A DNA stretch of 64,000 nucleotides from Myxococcota bacterium. GTDB taxonomy: Bacteria > Myxococcota_A > Polyangia > Polyangiales > Sandaracinaceae. This document shows, piece by piece, positions 33,244-42,009 of the stretch. Position numbers and translations under genes: made by a program. The notes under the pieces were generated by a model. That model did no database searches. It had not been told where the DNA came from and saw nothing but the letters and a program-made list of their open reading frames with translations. Every line of letters begins with the position of its first letter. Within the stretch, counting starts at the first letter, position 1. The stretch is taken from assembly GCA_036149055.1 (NCBI GenBank), contig JAYZQJ010000007.1, forward strand, positions 1-64,000, given 5' to 3'.

Positions 33244-34140
33244 TCACGGTCGTTTCGGTTTGCCGCGTAGCCTGTCGTGGAGCCCGAGCGGGCGTGCTCG
33301 GCCCTGTGAGTCCTGACGTATCGTGATGCTACCTCCCGGCGGCAGCTCCAGGTGAAGCTCGCGAGTCAGAAGTCGCCCATCGGCTCCTCGTTCCTCTCGC
33401 CAAGCCGCGCTCAGGCCCGGAATCGCCCTGAGGAGGCGCGCGGGATCAGGGGTCGTCGTGGCGGCGTCGGTGGAGCCGACCATGAGCCGTCGCGCCGCGT
33501 ACCCTCTGGCCGAGAAGGTCAGTCGAGAGCGGGGCGTCGTGCTGAAGACGAGGTCGAACAGCCGAGGGTCTGGGCGGCGAAACGACGGGGGGAGGAAATC
33601 CAACCTGCTCGCGCAGCGTCGCCGAGCGAGGCGGCGGGTCCCGAGGCTGCGTAGTCTCTCTCGCATCGCGGCGGCGAGCTCGGGCAGTGCGGAGCCCGGT
33701 AGCGGCTGGTAGGTGAAGGAACCGTCGATCACGGAGAACGCGACGCGGTACCAGTGATCGGCGTAGACCGGCCAAAGCCGGCTCAGCCAGAGCTCGTAGA
33801 CCACGATTTCCGCGCCGTCGCTCGGACCCGCCGCAACGAGCTCGGCGAGGTCGCTCGGTCCCACATCGGCAGGGAGGTCCGCGGAGCACGACAGATGCCA
33901 ACAGGGATCTCCCACCGCCAACCACTCGATGGCGCCGCCACACTGCGCCGCGCGCTCGAGCTCGTCCCGGTGGGTCGGGAAGAGCTCGTCGGTCAACTCC
34001 GCCCCATGCGGTCCGCTGATGCCATACAGCTCATGGGCCGCTGCCGCTGCGCGGGGTGCGTGTCGCGCGAGTTGTTCGAGGTAGCGACGCGCAACGCGCT
34101 TGGAGCCGGCGCCATACACTCGCCGTACGCCGACCTCCAT
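33244..34140 (-). CDS. Hypothetical protein (orphan array)
   Basis: ~298-aa ORF preceded by a GGGGG/GGA SD. Confidence 0.5.
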   Translation of the reverse strand: MEVGVRRVYGAGSKRVARRYLEQLARHAPRAAAAAHELYGISGPHGAELTDELFPTHRDELERAAQCGGAIEWLAVGDPCWHLSCSADLPADVGPSDLAELVAAGPSDGAEIVVYELWLSRLWPVYADHWYRVAFSVIDGSFTYQPLPGSALPELAAAMRERLRSLGTRRLARRRCASRLDFLPPSFRRPDPRLFDLVFSTTPRSRLTFSARGYAARRLMVGSTDAATTTPDPARLLRAIPGLSAAWREERGADGRLLTRELHLELPPGGSITIRQDSQGRARPLGLHDRLRGKPKRP

Positions 34141-34228
34141 GTCGTCCCCCACTGGCTGCAGCCTACCTCGCGAAATGTCTGCTCTTCGAGCAGCTTCTCG
34201 CTTGGGCCGAGCATCGCGCAGCCTCTGC

Positions 34229-35146
34229 TCAGAGCCGCTCGAGGTCCTCCAGCGCCTGCCATGCTTCCCAACGACGGCCTCCCAGCGTGTACCCGGAGCT
34301 CCCGGAGCCGTCTTCCAGCAGCGCAGTGAAGGTCAGATCCTCGAGCAACAAGAGAGAGCGAGGACCTTCTCTCCACACTCGCCATGCGGGCTCATCTCCA
34401 CTCGGCGTCGGGAGCGACGCGAGCTCGGGGTGCGATTCTACTTCGACGGCGTGGTCAGCATCGGAGAGTGCCGCGAGCGTGAAGGCTCGCGCGAGCTCCG
34501 GCCCCACGGCGGCCATTCTTGCGAGCGGCCGGACGCACCAGCTGCCATCCGGCGAGCTCCACACCAACACGCTCGCGAGCGAGCCAGCCGCACAAACGAC
34601 GCGCTCGACGTGCTTCAGAGCGTCGGCCAGCGCCTCCCGGTGCTCGGAGCCCACAACCGAGAGCGCCGGCCACAGCAGTCCCGATTCGACCGCGCCCGGA
34701 CCGATGCGAACCACGTCGGCTCGGAGCTCGTCGGGAGAAGTCGCTTCGACCGAGGAAGACCACTGCTCACGCGCCAGGAGAAGTCGCTTTCTAGCTTCGG
34801 ACGGCGCGAGGCCGTGCTCCGTGCTCACCTGCTCGATAGCCGAACGCATCCCGCTCCTGGCCCCGATTCCCACGGCCTCCTCGAAGAGATCGTCGTCGAG
34901 CGACTTCAGGGAGTGACGCACGCGCAGTCGAGTCGCCTGGCGATCCAGGATGCCCAGTTGAATGCGCATGAACGCTCGAAGACGCAGCAGTCTTCGCCAA
35001 GCATTCGCTACGTGCAGCCACTGCTCTGGTTCACGACCCATCGGAACCGCCTGGTTCGTGAGCCCCACGACTTCGCGATGGCAAGCCAATATCCGTGAGA
35101 GCAGGTTGATGCTGTCGTCATTCAGACGACCAGGGAGTGCCACCAT
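34229..35146 (-). CDS. Hypothetical protein (orphan array)
   Basis: ~305-aa ORF preceded by an AAGGAG SD. Confidence 0.55.
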   Translation of the reverse strand: MVALPGRLNDDSINLLSRILACHREVVGLTNQAVPMGREPEQWLHVANAWRRLLRLRAFMRIQLGILDRQATRLRVRHSLKSLDDDLFEEAVGIGARSGMRSAIEQVSTEHGLAPSEARKRLLLAREQWSSSVEATSPDELRADVVRIGPGAVESGLLWPALSVVGSEHREALADALKHVERVVCAAGSLASVLVWSSPDGSWCVRPLARMAAVGPELARAFTLAALSDADHAVEVESHPELASLPTPSGDEPAWRVWREGPRSLLLLEDLTFTALLEDGSGSSGYTLGGRRWEAWQALEDLERL

Positions 35147-35207
35147 CAAAGGGCTCCTTCACGAAGAAGGTTCGCGGCGTGCTTCCAACCGAGACTTGGT
35201 CCGAGTG

Positions 35208-35654
35208 TCATGCCGGGACAGGACGCTCACCCGTTCGTAGTGCGGCGAGCACCACCGGTTCAGAGCTTCGGATGAACTTCTCGATCTCCTCGCGGAGGGC
35301 ATTCCACTTCCCGCTCGAACGCGGAGCTTCGAGCTTGGCAGCAACGGCGCGCTGACCCGCATCGAACGCTGACCCGAGGAGGCCGCCCTCTGGGTCACTC
35401 ACGACATCCGCGCTCACCAGAACGGCGTCGCCGCGAAGGGTGAGCACGACCTCGACGACGACCGCATCGAAATCCTTGTCGGCGGTCACGGGAAAGCTCG
35501 CCGCAAAGCTGCCGCATCTTTCGGAAGGCAGGTGAGCCTCCCGGGTGGGACGACCCATGCTTTCCGGTCCTCGCCGCCTCACCGAATCGACGAGCGAGGA
35601 CAACTCCAGGTCGATCACAGGGGCCAGGAAATCGAACAGTTTCTTCACAGACAT
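35208..35654 (-). CDS. Hypothetical protein (orphan array)
   Basis: MSVKKLFDFLAP...; GAGG SD. Confidence 0.55.
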   Translation of the reverse strand: MSVKKLFDFLAPVIDLELSSLVDSVRRRGPESMGRPTREAHLPSERCGSFAASFPVTADKDFDAVVVEVVLTLRGDAVLVSADVVSDPEGGLLGSAFDAGQRAVAAKLEAPRSSGKWNALREEIEKFIRSSEPVVLAALRTGERPVPA

Positions 35655-35806
35655 CACTTCGCCTCTTCCCGCCAGGGCAACGCACTTCCGGACGGTCAGC
35701 AGTCGCCCGACTTCGGCCGCTTCTCCTCGTCGCCGATGGCCGCTCGAACCTGGCACTCAGACTCCGCGTAGTGATGTCGTACTCGGTCCGGCGGACGGGT
35801 CGAAGC

Positions 35807-36340
35807 TCAATCGAAGACGTCCAGGACCCGCATTGGCCGTCCGGTATCCGCAGTGACTGCCGGTAGGCTGGAGTGCTTCTCCAGGACGAAGGCATAGCCA
35901 GCTTCAACGATCTCGCCGGCCATTCCGCTTCGTCGCCGGAACCCGGAGACGGACACAGCGTAGTTTCCACGGGGGACGGGGGCGGAAAGCCCTTCGTATG
36001 CGTGGGCGTCCGACCATTCCATCAGCTGCGCCACATCCGCGACTACCACTCCTCGGTCAACCCTGAGCGCATACACAGCGTTCGCGCAAACCACGTCCTC
36101 CATTGAGATGGGTTCCGTGGACACCGACACGGAGTAGGTGTCGGCGTCGATCGCCAGGATCGGTACCACTAGTCCCGAGCGTAGGACTTCGTCACCGCTC
36201 TCACTCGAGAGGTACTCTCGAAGGAGGTTTCTTCCGTCCTGCAACGTTGCGCCGTACGCCTCACGGAACACCACTGGATCGTAGAGAATGAGACCGTTCG
36301 CGTCTGTCGTCACCTCGCCCCGCCAGATCATCTCGTGCAT
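35807..36340 (-). CDS. Hypothetical protein resembling toxin-immunity beta-sandwich families
   Basis: TTDANGLILYDP...D.TYSVSV...VPRGNYAVSV pattern; GAGG SD. Confidence 0.65.
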   Translation of the reverse strand: MHEMIWRGEVTTDANGLILYDPVVFREAYGATLQDGRNLLREYLSSESGDEVLRSGLVVPILAIDADTYSVSVSTEPISMEDVVCANAVYALRVDRGVVVADVAQLMEWSDAHAYEGLSAPVPRGNYAVSVSGFRRRSGMAGEIVEAGYAFVLEKHSSLPAVTADTGRPMRVLDVFD

Positions 36341-36517
36341 CCTCTTCCGGAGGTCAGCTACGGAATACGGAGGTGCGTCGCAACTCTCGAGCGGATGCGA
36401 GCGCGAATGGAAGCTCTGTACGCGCAGGCGCCGATTCCGCTGGCGTGAGCGCAGCCGCCATGGCTTTCTGCGGCCCTTCTACCACGACATCGATTGTCAG
36501 CAGTCGAGGGTGGGGCC

Positions 36518-36784
36518 GTGACCGATGACGACATCGTCAGGGCGCGGCGGAATCGCCTGATCGCGTTGGCGCTCGCGGGGACGACCGCGGGGCTCGCCGG
36601 GTGCTCCGAGGTGGCGGGGATCAAGACCGAGCGTCCGAAGCAGGAGCCGCCCGTGGCCGGGATGTCGCTGGAGCCTGCCATTCCACCCCCGCCCGCCGAC
36701 ATGGATCCGTTCTGCCCGCCGCCGCCCCGGGAGCGGCCGGACGAGCCGGAGGAGCCGCCGCGGCCGTGTTTGTCGCTGTTCTGA
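36518..36784 (+). CDS. Small Pro-rich lipoprotein ending in a PRPCLS motif
   Basis: RARRNRLIALALAG...LAGC lipobox; Pro-rich body; C-terminal PRPCLSLF. Confidence 0.6.
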   Translation: MTDDDIVRARRNRLIALALAGTTAGLAGCSEVAGIKTERPKQEPPVAGMSLEPAIPPPPADMDPFCPPPPRERPDEPEEPPRPCLSLF

Positions 36785-36870
36785 GGTGACGATTTGTCGC
36801 GGGGGCTCGACATTCGGAATCGATGGGCCCCATAGACCGTTCGCCTCCCCGGATGAGGAAGGACGACGGC

Positions 36871-37329
36871 ATGACCGCCTTGATGACCCTCGAACCCGAC
36901 GCGCGCCGATCGGTGCTCGGCCTCCTCGCCTGCATGGCCGGCGCGGACGGCGACGTGTCCGATGAAGAGCGCGAGGCGCTCCGCGGCGCCGAGCTGGCCC
37001 TCGGGCTGCCCGAGGGCTCCTGCCTCACGGTGCCGACCCTCGACGAGATCCCGCTCTCCCACCTCGACCGGAAGAGCCGGCTGCTCGCCTACGCGGGCGC
37101 GGTCTGGATGATGCTCGCCGACGGGCTGACGCTGCGCGGGGAGTCCTCGCTGCTCGCCGACCTGGCCGAGCGCCTGCACGTCGGCCCCGACATGGCGCGC
37201 TTCCTGGGCTCGTTCGCCCGCTGGGTGCGCACCGAGACCGATCTGCCGTGGCACCGCGAGGCGGAGCTGCTCTTCACCGAGGCGGCGCGGCGGCTCGCTC
37301 GGGTCGAGGCGCATCGGCGCGCGGCCTGA
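36871..37329 (+). CDS. TerB-like protein
   Basis: MAGADGDVSDEEREAL ... MLADGLTLRGESSLLADLAERL. Confidence 0.7.
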   Translation: MTALMTLEPDARRSVLGLLACMAGADGDVSDEEREALRGAELALGLPEGSCLTVPTLDEIPLSHLDRKSRLLAYAGAVWMMLADGLTLRGESSLLADLAERLHVGPDMARFLGSFARWVRTETDLPWHREAELLFTEAARRLARVEAHRRAA

Positions 37330-37975
37330 CCGTCCCGAAGACCCAGTCCCACAGCGGGCTCGAGATGCCCCAGGCCGCCCGGCCTTCGTGCTCGTAGTGG
37401 TGCGAGAGGTGGTGGCGGCGGATGGCCCGCAGGAGACGCGAGCGCGGCCGGCCGTGGTGCGCGATGTGATGCACCGCCTCGTAGGCGAGGTAGGCCGCGA
37501 GGAAGCCGACCATCGCCATCCTCCAGCCGGCGCCGAGGGTCAGCTGGAAGACGCCCAGCATCAGCAGCGCGAGCGAGCCGATCTGCACCGGGGTGGCCGC
37601 CAGCCGCGAGGGCTCCCGCGGCGAGACGTGGTGGTGGCCGTGCACGATGAAGGTGGTGACCTTCCCAGGGTCCCTCCGGCTCGGGAAGTGGAACAGCCAG
37701 CGGTGCATGGCGTACTCGACCAGGGTCCAGCTCAGCGCGCCGAGCGCGACGAGGGCCGGGGCCCACGCGTTCCTCGGCGCGGCTTCGAGCAGCCAGCCGA
37801 TCGCCGGCGTCACGAGCAGGAACGGGAGCGCCGGGTGCCCGGCGAAGATGAGGTGCTCGGGCACGAAGCTCCGGAAGAGCCGCACCCGAGACGACGCCCG
37901 GGGGCCCCTCCGCGGGGTCCAGGGCCGCCGCGCCGCCTCGACGCACTCCTCCGTGAAGGGTCCCGTTCCGCTCAC
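37274..37975 (-). CDS. Fatty acid hydroxylase / sterol desaturase family (FA2H-like)
   Basis: His boxes EYAMHRWLFH, HGHHH, YEAVHHIAH, HHLSHH; GISSPLWDWVFGT. Confidence 0.88.
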   Translation of the reverse strand: MSGTGPFTEECVEAARRPWTPRRGPRASSRVRLFRSFVPEHLIFAGHPALPFLLVTPAIGWLLEAAPRNAWAPALVALGALSWTLVEYAMHRWLFHFPSRRDPGKVTTFIVHGHHHVSPREPSRLAATPVQIGSLALLMLGVFQLTLGAGWRMAMVGFLAAYLAYEAVHHIAHHGRPRSRLLRAIRRHHLSHHYEHEGRAAWGISSPLWDWVFGTVRPRADAPRPERAAAPPR

Positions 37976-37991
37976 GATCGGAAACGTAAGG

Positions 37992-39560
37992 TCAATCGAC
38001 CACGAATTCCTCTTCGCCGGGCGGGGTGTAGACGACCTTGTAGAGATCGGTGCGCCGGTCCATCCAGTTCTGGACGGTGCCGGTGCGGCGCGCGCGGCGG
38101 AGGAGCTCGAGGTCCACGTCCTGGAAGAGCACGGTCTCGACGTTGGGCTCCGCCTCGACCGCGACGCCGTCCCGCGCGAAGGGGATGTCGCTGGGGGTGA
38201 AGATGCCGCTCTGTGCGTAGTGGGTGTCGGCGTTCTCCACGAGCGGGAGGTTGCCGACGCAGCCCGCGTTGACGACGTAGACCTGGTTCTCGATGGCCCG
38301 GGCCTGGCAGCAGAGGCGCACCCGGAGGTGGCCGTGGCGGTCGTTGGTGTTCGAGGGGACGAAGAGGATCTTCGCGCCCTTCTTCACCGCCACGCGCGCC
38401 AGCTCCGGGAACTCGCTGTCGTAGCAGATGAGGATGGCGACCTTGCCGAAGTCGGTGTCGAAGATCTCGACCTTGTCGCCGCCCGCGATGCCCCACCACT
38501 TGGCCTCGTTCGGGGTGACGTGGATCTTCTTCTGCTTGCCGATCGTGCCGTCGCGGCCGAAGAGGTAGGCGATGTTGTAGAGGAGGCCGTCCTCCTCGAG
38601 GGCGAGCTGGCTGCCGCCGATGATGTTGACGTTGTAGTGCGTCGCGAGCCGGCTGAAGAGCTCGAGGTACTTCGGCGTGAAGTCGGCGAGGCGGCGCGCG
38701 CCCTCCTCGGGGCGGCGCTCGTCGATCAGCGACAGGAGCTGCACGGTGAACAGCTCGGGGAAGCAGAGGAAGTCGGCCTTGTAGTCGCTGGCGGTGTCGA
38801 CGAAGAACTCGCACTGCCGCTCGAACTCCTCCCAGCTCTCGAGCAGACGCATCTTGTATTGCACGAGCGAGAGGCGCACCGAGAGCACCGAGCGCCGCAT
38901 CTTCTTGCGGCGGGACTTCGGCACGTAGTCCAGGTTCGGCCACTCGAGGCAGGTGGCCCAGCCGGCCGAGTCCTCGTCGTTGGGGAGGTAGTCCTCGATG
39001 AGCTGCCGGAGCTGGAAGCCGTTCGACAGCTGGGTGGTGAGGACGGGGTCGTAGAGCTGCTTGGTGATGACCCGCTCGACGTACTCGTGCGCGGTCATCT
39101 CGTCCTTGTGGTCGGCGTACCCCGGGATGCGGCCGCCGATGATCATGCGCGCGCAGTTGAACTCGCGGGCGATGCGCTTGCGCTCCTCGTAGAGCCGCCG
39201 CGCGAGCTTCTGCCCGCGGTAGTCCGGGTGGACCATCATCTCGATCCCGTAGAGGGTGTCGCCCTCCGGGTCGTGGTTCTCGAGGTAGCCGTTGCCCGAG
39301 ATCTCGAGGTAGTCGTGCCAGTCGGTGTAGTCGTCGTACTGGACGACGAGCGCGGAGCTCGAGGCGACCATCACCCCGTCCACCTCGATGCAGACCTGCC
39401 CCTCGGGGAACTGGTCGATCATGCTCTTCATCTGCGCGGGCAGCCACGGCTTGAGCGTGGGGAAGCACTTCTTCAGGAGCCCCCGCCACTCCTCGTAGTC
39501 GTCGTGCCGGAGCTGCCGCACGCGGATGCGCGTCTCGAATTCGCTGAGGTCGATTCCCAT
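37992..39560 (-). CDS. Bifunctional GNAT acetyltransferase / carbon-nitrogen hydrolase
   Basis: FPEGQ, VHPDYRGQKLARRLY; nitrilase triad FPE / QKKIH / ICYDSEFPE. Confidence 0.93.
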   Translation of the reverse strand: MGIDLSEFETRIRVRQLRHDDYEEWRGLLKKCFPTLKPWLPAQMKSMIDQFPEGQVCIEVDGVMVASSSALVVQYDDYTDWHDYLEISGNGYLENHDPEGDTLYGIEMMVHPDYRGQKLARRLYEERKRIAREFNCARMIIGGRIPGYADHKDEMTAHEYVERVITKQLYDPVLTTQLSNGFQLRQLIEDYLPNDEDSAGWATCLEWPNLDYVPKSRRKKMRRSVLSVRLSLVQYKMRLLESWEEFERQCEFFVDTASDYKADFLCFPELFTVQLLSLIDERRPEEGARRLADFTPKYLELFSRLATHYNVNIIGGSQLALEEDGLLYNIAYLFGRDGTIGKQKKIHVTPNEAKWWGIAGGDKVEIFDTDFGKVAILICYDSEFPELARVAVKKGAKILFVPSNTNDRHGHLRVRLCCQARAIENQVYVVNAGCVGNLPLVENADTHYAQSGIFTPSDIPFARDGVAVEAEPNVETVLFQDVDLELLRRARRTGTVQNWMDRRTDLYKVVYTPPGEEEFVVD

Positions 39561-39665
39561 CGCGGCGCATCTTAGTCGCAACCCGCGGGCTCGCGAGCGG
39601 GAAACGATCTTCGGGCATTGACTTTCGATCTGAAGTGACTCAAGACGTCTCTCGGAGCTCTCATC

Positions 39666-39782
39666 ATGACGGCCCGGACCCCGCTCACGACCGACCTCAC
39701 GCGTGCCCCCTCGGCGCGCGGGCGGTGTGCTGCGTCCCGGCCGTCCTACGCGCTCCTCTCGGTCTGGCCGGTCTCGCGCTGA
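39666..39782 (+). CDS. Putative 38-aa leader peptide upstream of EF-G paralogue
   Basis: GGAG at ~39654; MTARTPLTTDLTRAPSARGRCAASRPSYALLSVWPVSR*; stop abuts a long hairpin. Confidence 0.4.
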   Translation: MTARTPLTTDLTRAPSARGRCAASRPSYALLSVWPVSR

Positions 39783-39940
39783 CCGCGGCGGGATTCCCCG
39801 CGTGGCGCGCCCGATCTGCGTGCCCTCGCGTCCCCGCCGCGGTGTGAGCGTGTCACCCGACGTCCGTCCGGGCGTCGACCCTCTCGTCCGCCGCGAGCCG
39901 GCGCGGCGGGCGTGCATCGGTACGTCTTCTGGAGGTCATC

Positions 39941-41935
39941 ATGACCGGAACAATCCCCCTTTCTCGCCAACGCAATCTCGGAATCATCGCGCACGTCGAC
40001 GCGGGCAAGACCACGCTGACCGAGCGGATCCTCTTCCACGCCGGCCGCATCCATCGGATCGGCGGCGTCGACGAGGGCACCACGGTCACCGACCACCGCC
40101 CCGAGGAGCAGGCCAAGGGCATCACCATCACCGCCGCCGCCGTGACCTGCGGGTGGGACGATCACGCGCTGTCGCTGATCGACACCCCCGGCCACGTCGA
40201 CTTCACGATGGAGGTGGAGCGCTCGCTCCGCGTCCTCGACGGCGCGGTGGTCCTCCTCGACGCGGTCGCCGGGGTGGAGCCGCAGACCGAGACGGTGTGG
40301 CGGCAGGCGGAGCGGCACGGCGTGCCGCGGATCGCCTTCGTCAACAAGCTCGATCGGGCCGGCGCCGACCTCGGTCGCGCGGTGCGCGCGCTCGAGGCAC
40401 GCCTCGGGGCTCGGCCTCTGGTGCTCACGCTGCCGGAGGGAGAGCCGCTCGACGCGCTCCTCGACGTGGTCCGCCGCGAGCGGGTCCGCTTCGACGCGGA
40501 GGGCCGCGTGGCGTCCCGCGAGCCGTGTGACCATCCCCGGATCGACGCGGCGCGCGAGGCGCTGATCGAGGCCTGCGCCGAGGTCGACGAGGGCCTGCTC
40601 GAGGCGTGGCTGGAGGGCGAGGTCGACGAGGCCGCGCTGTGGGCCGCGCTCCGGCGTGGGACCCTCGAGGGCCGGTGGCTGCCGGTGCTCGCTGGCTCCG
40701 CCTACCGCAACGTCGGCGTGCCGCTCCTGCTCGACGCGGTGGTGGCGCTGCTCCCGGATCCGTCCGTGGCGGCGCCCCTCGCGGAGGGCTGGCCGCGGAC
40801 CGTCGAGGCGCCGCTCGCGGCGCTCTGCTTCAAGGTCGACTTCGACGCCTACGGCGCGCTCGCGTTCGTGCGGGTGTACGCCGGGGTGCTGCGGAAGGGT
40901 GACGCCGTGGACGTGAACGGTCGCAAGCTCCGCGTCGGGCGGCTCGTCCGGCTCTTCGCCGATCAGCGCGAGGACGTCGAGGCGGCGCCCGCCGGGAGCA
41001 TCGTGGCCCTCGTGAACGCGGAGCTCTCGACCGGGGACACCCTGGCGGATCCCACGCGCCCGATCGCGCTCGAGCCGGTGACGGCGCCCGAGGCGGTGAT
41101 GCGGGTGGCGGTGGAGCCGCGTACGCGGGTCGATCGGGACCGGCTGCCGAAGGCGCTCGCGCGGCTCCGGCTGGCCGATCCGTCGCTCCGCGTGCTGGCC
41201 GATCCCGAGACGGGGCAGACGCTCCTGGCCGGGATGGGGCAGCTGCATCTCGAGATCGCCGTCAGCCGGCTCCGCACGGAGCACGGGGTGACGGTGGACG
41301 TCGGCGCGCCTCGCGTCGCGTATCGCGAGACCGTCGGGTCCCGCGCGCGCGTAGACGAGACGCTCCGGAAGCAGACCGGGGGGCCCGGCCTCTTCGCCCA
41401 CGTGGTGATGGAGGTCGAGCCGGCCGAGCCGGGTGAAGGCCTCGTCTTCGAGGACCGGATCCGCGGCGGGGCCATCCCCCGCGAGTACGTCTCCGGCGTC
41501 CGGAAGGGCGTGGAGGCGGCGGCCAGCTGCGGCGCCCTCGGGCACCCGGTGGTCGACGTGCGGGTGGTCCTCCTGGACGGCTCGACGCACCCCAACGACT
41601 CGAGCGAGCACGCCTTCGCGCTCTGCGCGGAGCAGGCCTTCCGTCGCGCCCTCGGCGAGGCGGGGCCGGTGCGGCTCGAGCCGCTCGTCCGCCTCGAGGT
41701 CACCGTGCCCGAGGCGCACGTCGGTGACGTGATCGGCGACCTGTCCGCTCGCCGCGGTCGGATCGTCGGCATGGAGACCGAGCGCGACGTGGTCCGGCTC
41801 GACGCCGAGGCGCCCCTGGCGGCGCTCTTCGGCTACGCGGCGGACCTCGGCAGCCTCGCCCGCGGGCGGGGCACCCATCACCTCGAGCTCGCCCGCTACG
41901 CCCCGGTCCCCGAGGGCGTCGCGGTCCGAGCCTGA
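39941..41935 (+). CDS. fusA: Elongation factor G paralogue (not in str operon)
   Basis: AHVDAGKTT, GITI, DTPGHVDF, NKLD, GMGQLHLEI, PRVAYRET, KQTGG, DSSE; GGAGG SD. Confidence 0.92.
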   Translation: MTGTIPLSRQRNLGIIAHVDAGKTTLTERILFHAGRIHRIGGVDEGTTVTDHRPEEQAKGITITAAAVTCGWDDHALSLIDTPGHVDFTMEVERSLRVLDGAVVLLDAVAGVEPQTETVWRQAERHGVPRIAFVNKLDRAGADLGRAVRALEARLGARPLVLTLPEGEPLDALLDVVRRERVRFDAEGRVASREPCDHPRIDAAREALIEACAEVDEGLLEAWLEGEVDEAALWAALRRGTLEGRWLPVLAGSAYRNVGVPLLLDAVVALLPDPSVAAPLAEGWPRTVEAPLAALCFKVDFDAYGALAFVRVYAGVLRKGDAVDVNGRKLRVGRLVRLFADQREDVEAAPAGSIVALVNAELSTGDTLADPTRPIALEPVTAPEAVMRVAVEPRTRVDRDRLPKALARLRLADPSLRVLADPETGQTLLAGMGQLHLEIAVSRLRTEHGVTVDVGAPRVAYRETVGSRARVDETLRKQTGGPGLFAHVVMEVEPAEPGEGLVFEDRIRGGAIPREYVSGVRKGVEAAASCGALGHPVVDVRVVLLDGSTHPNDSSEHAFALCAEQAFRRALGEAGPVRLEPLVRLEVTVPEAHVGDVIGDLSARRGRIVGMETERDVVRLDAEAPLAALFGYAADLGSLARGRGTHHLELARYAPVPEGVAVRA

Positions 41936-41940
41936 GGCCA

Positions 41941-41971
41941 GGAGGCCGCTCCGAGCTGCGGGGCGGCCTCC
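41941..41971 (+). terminator. GC-rich hairpin after fusA paralogue
   Basis: ggaggccgctccg-N5-cggggcggcctcc; weak U-tract. Confidence 0.5.
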
Positions 41972-42009
41972 TCCGTTCCGTCCCGGAAGGCGTGTAGAGT
42001 CGCGGCGCC

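Noticed and set aside
27279..36340. Integron cassette array or prophage interpretation
   Set aside because: No integrase, no repeated attC-like (RYYYAAC...GTTRRRY) palindromes seen in spacers, no phage structural genes
39941..41935. TetM/TetO ribosomal protection protein
   Set aside because: Motifs (RNLGIIAH, KQTGG, DSS loop, EAPL..LFGY) fit EF-G paralogues better; no Tet-type domain IV YSPVST loop
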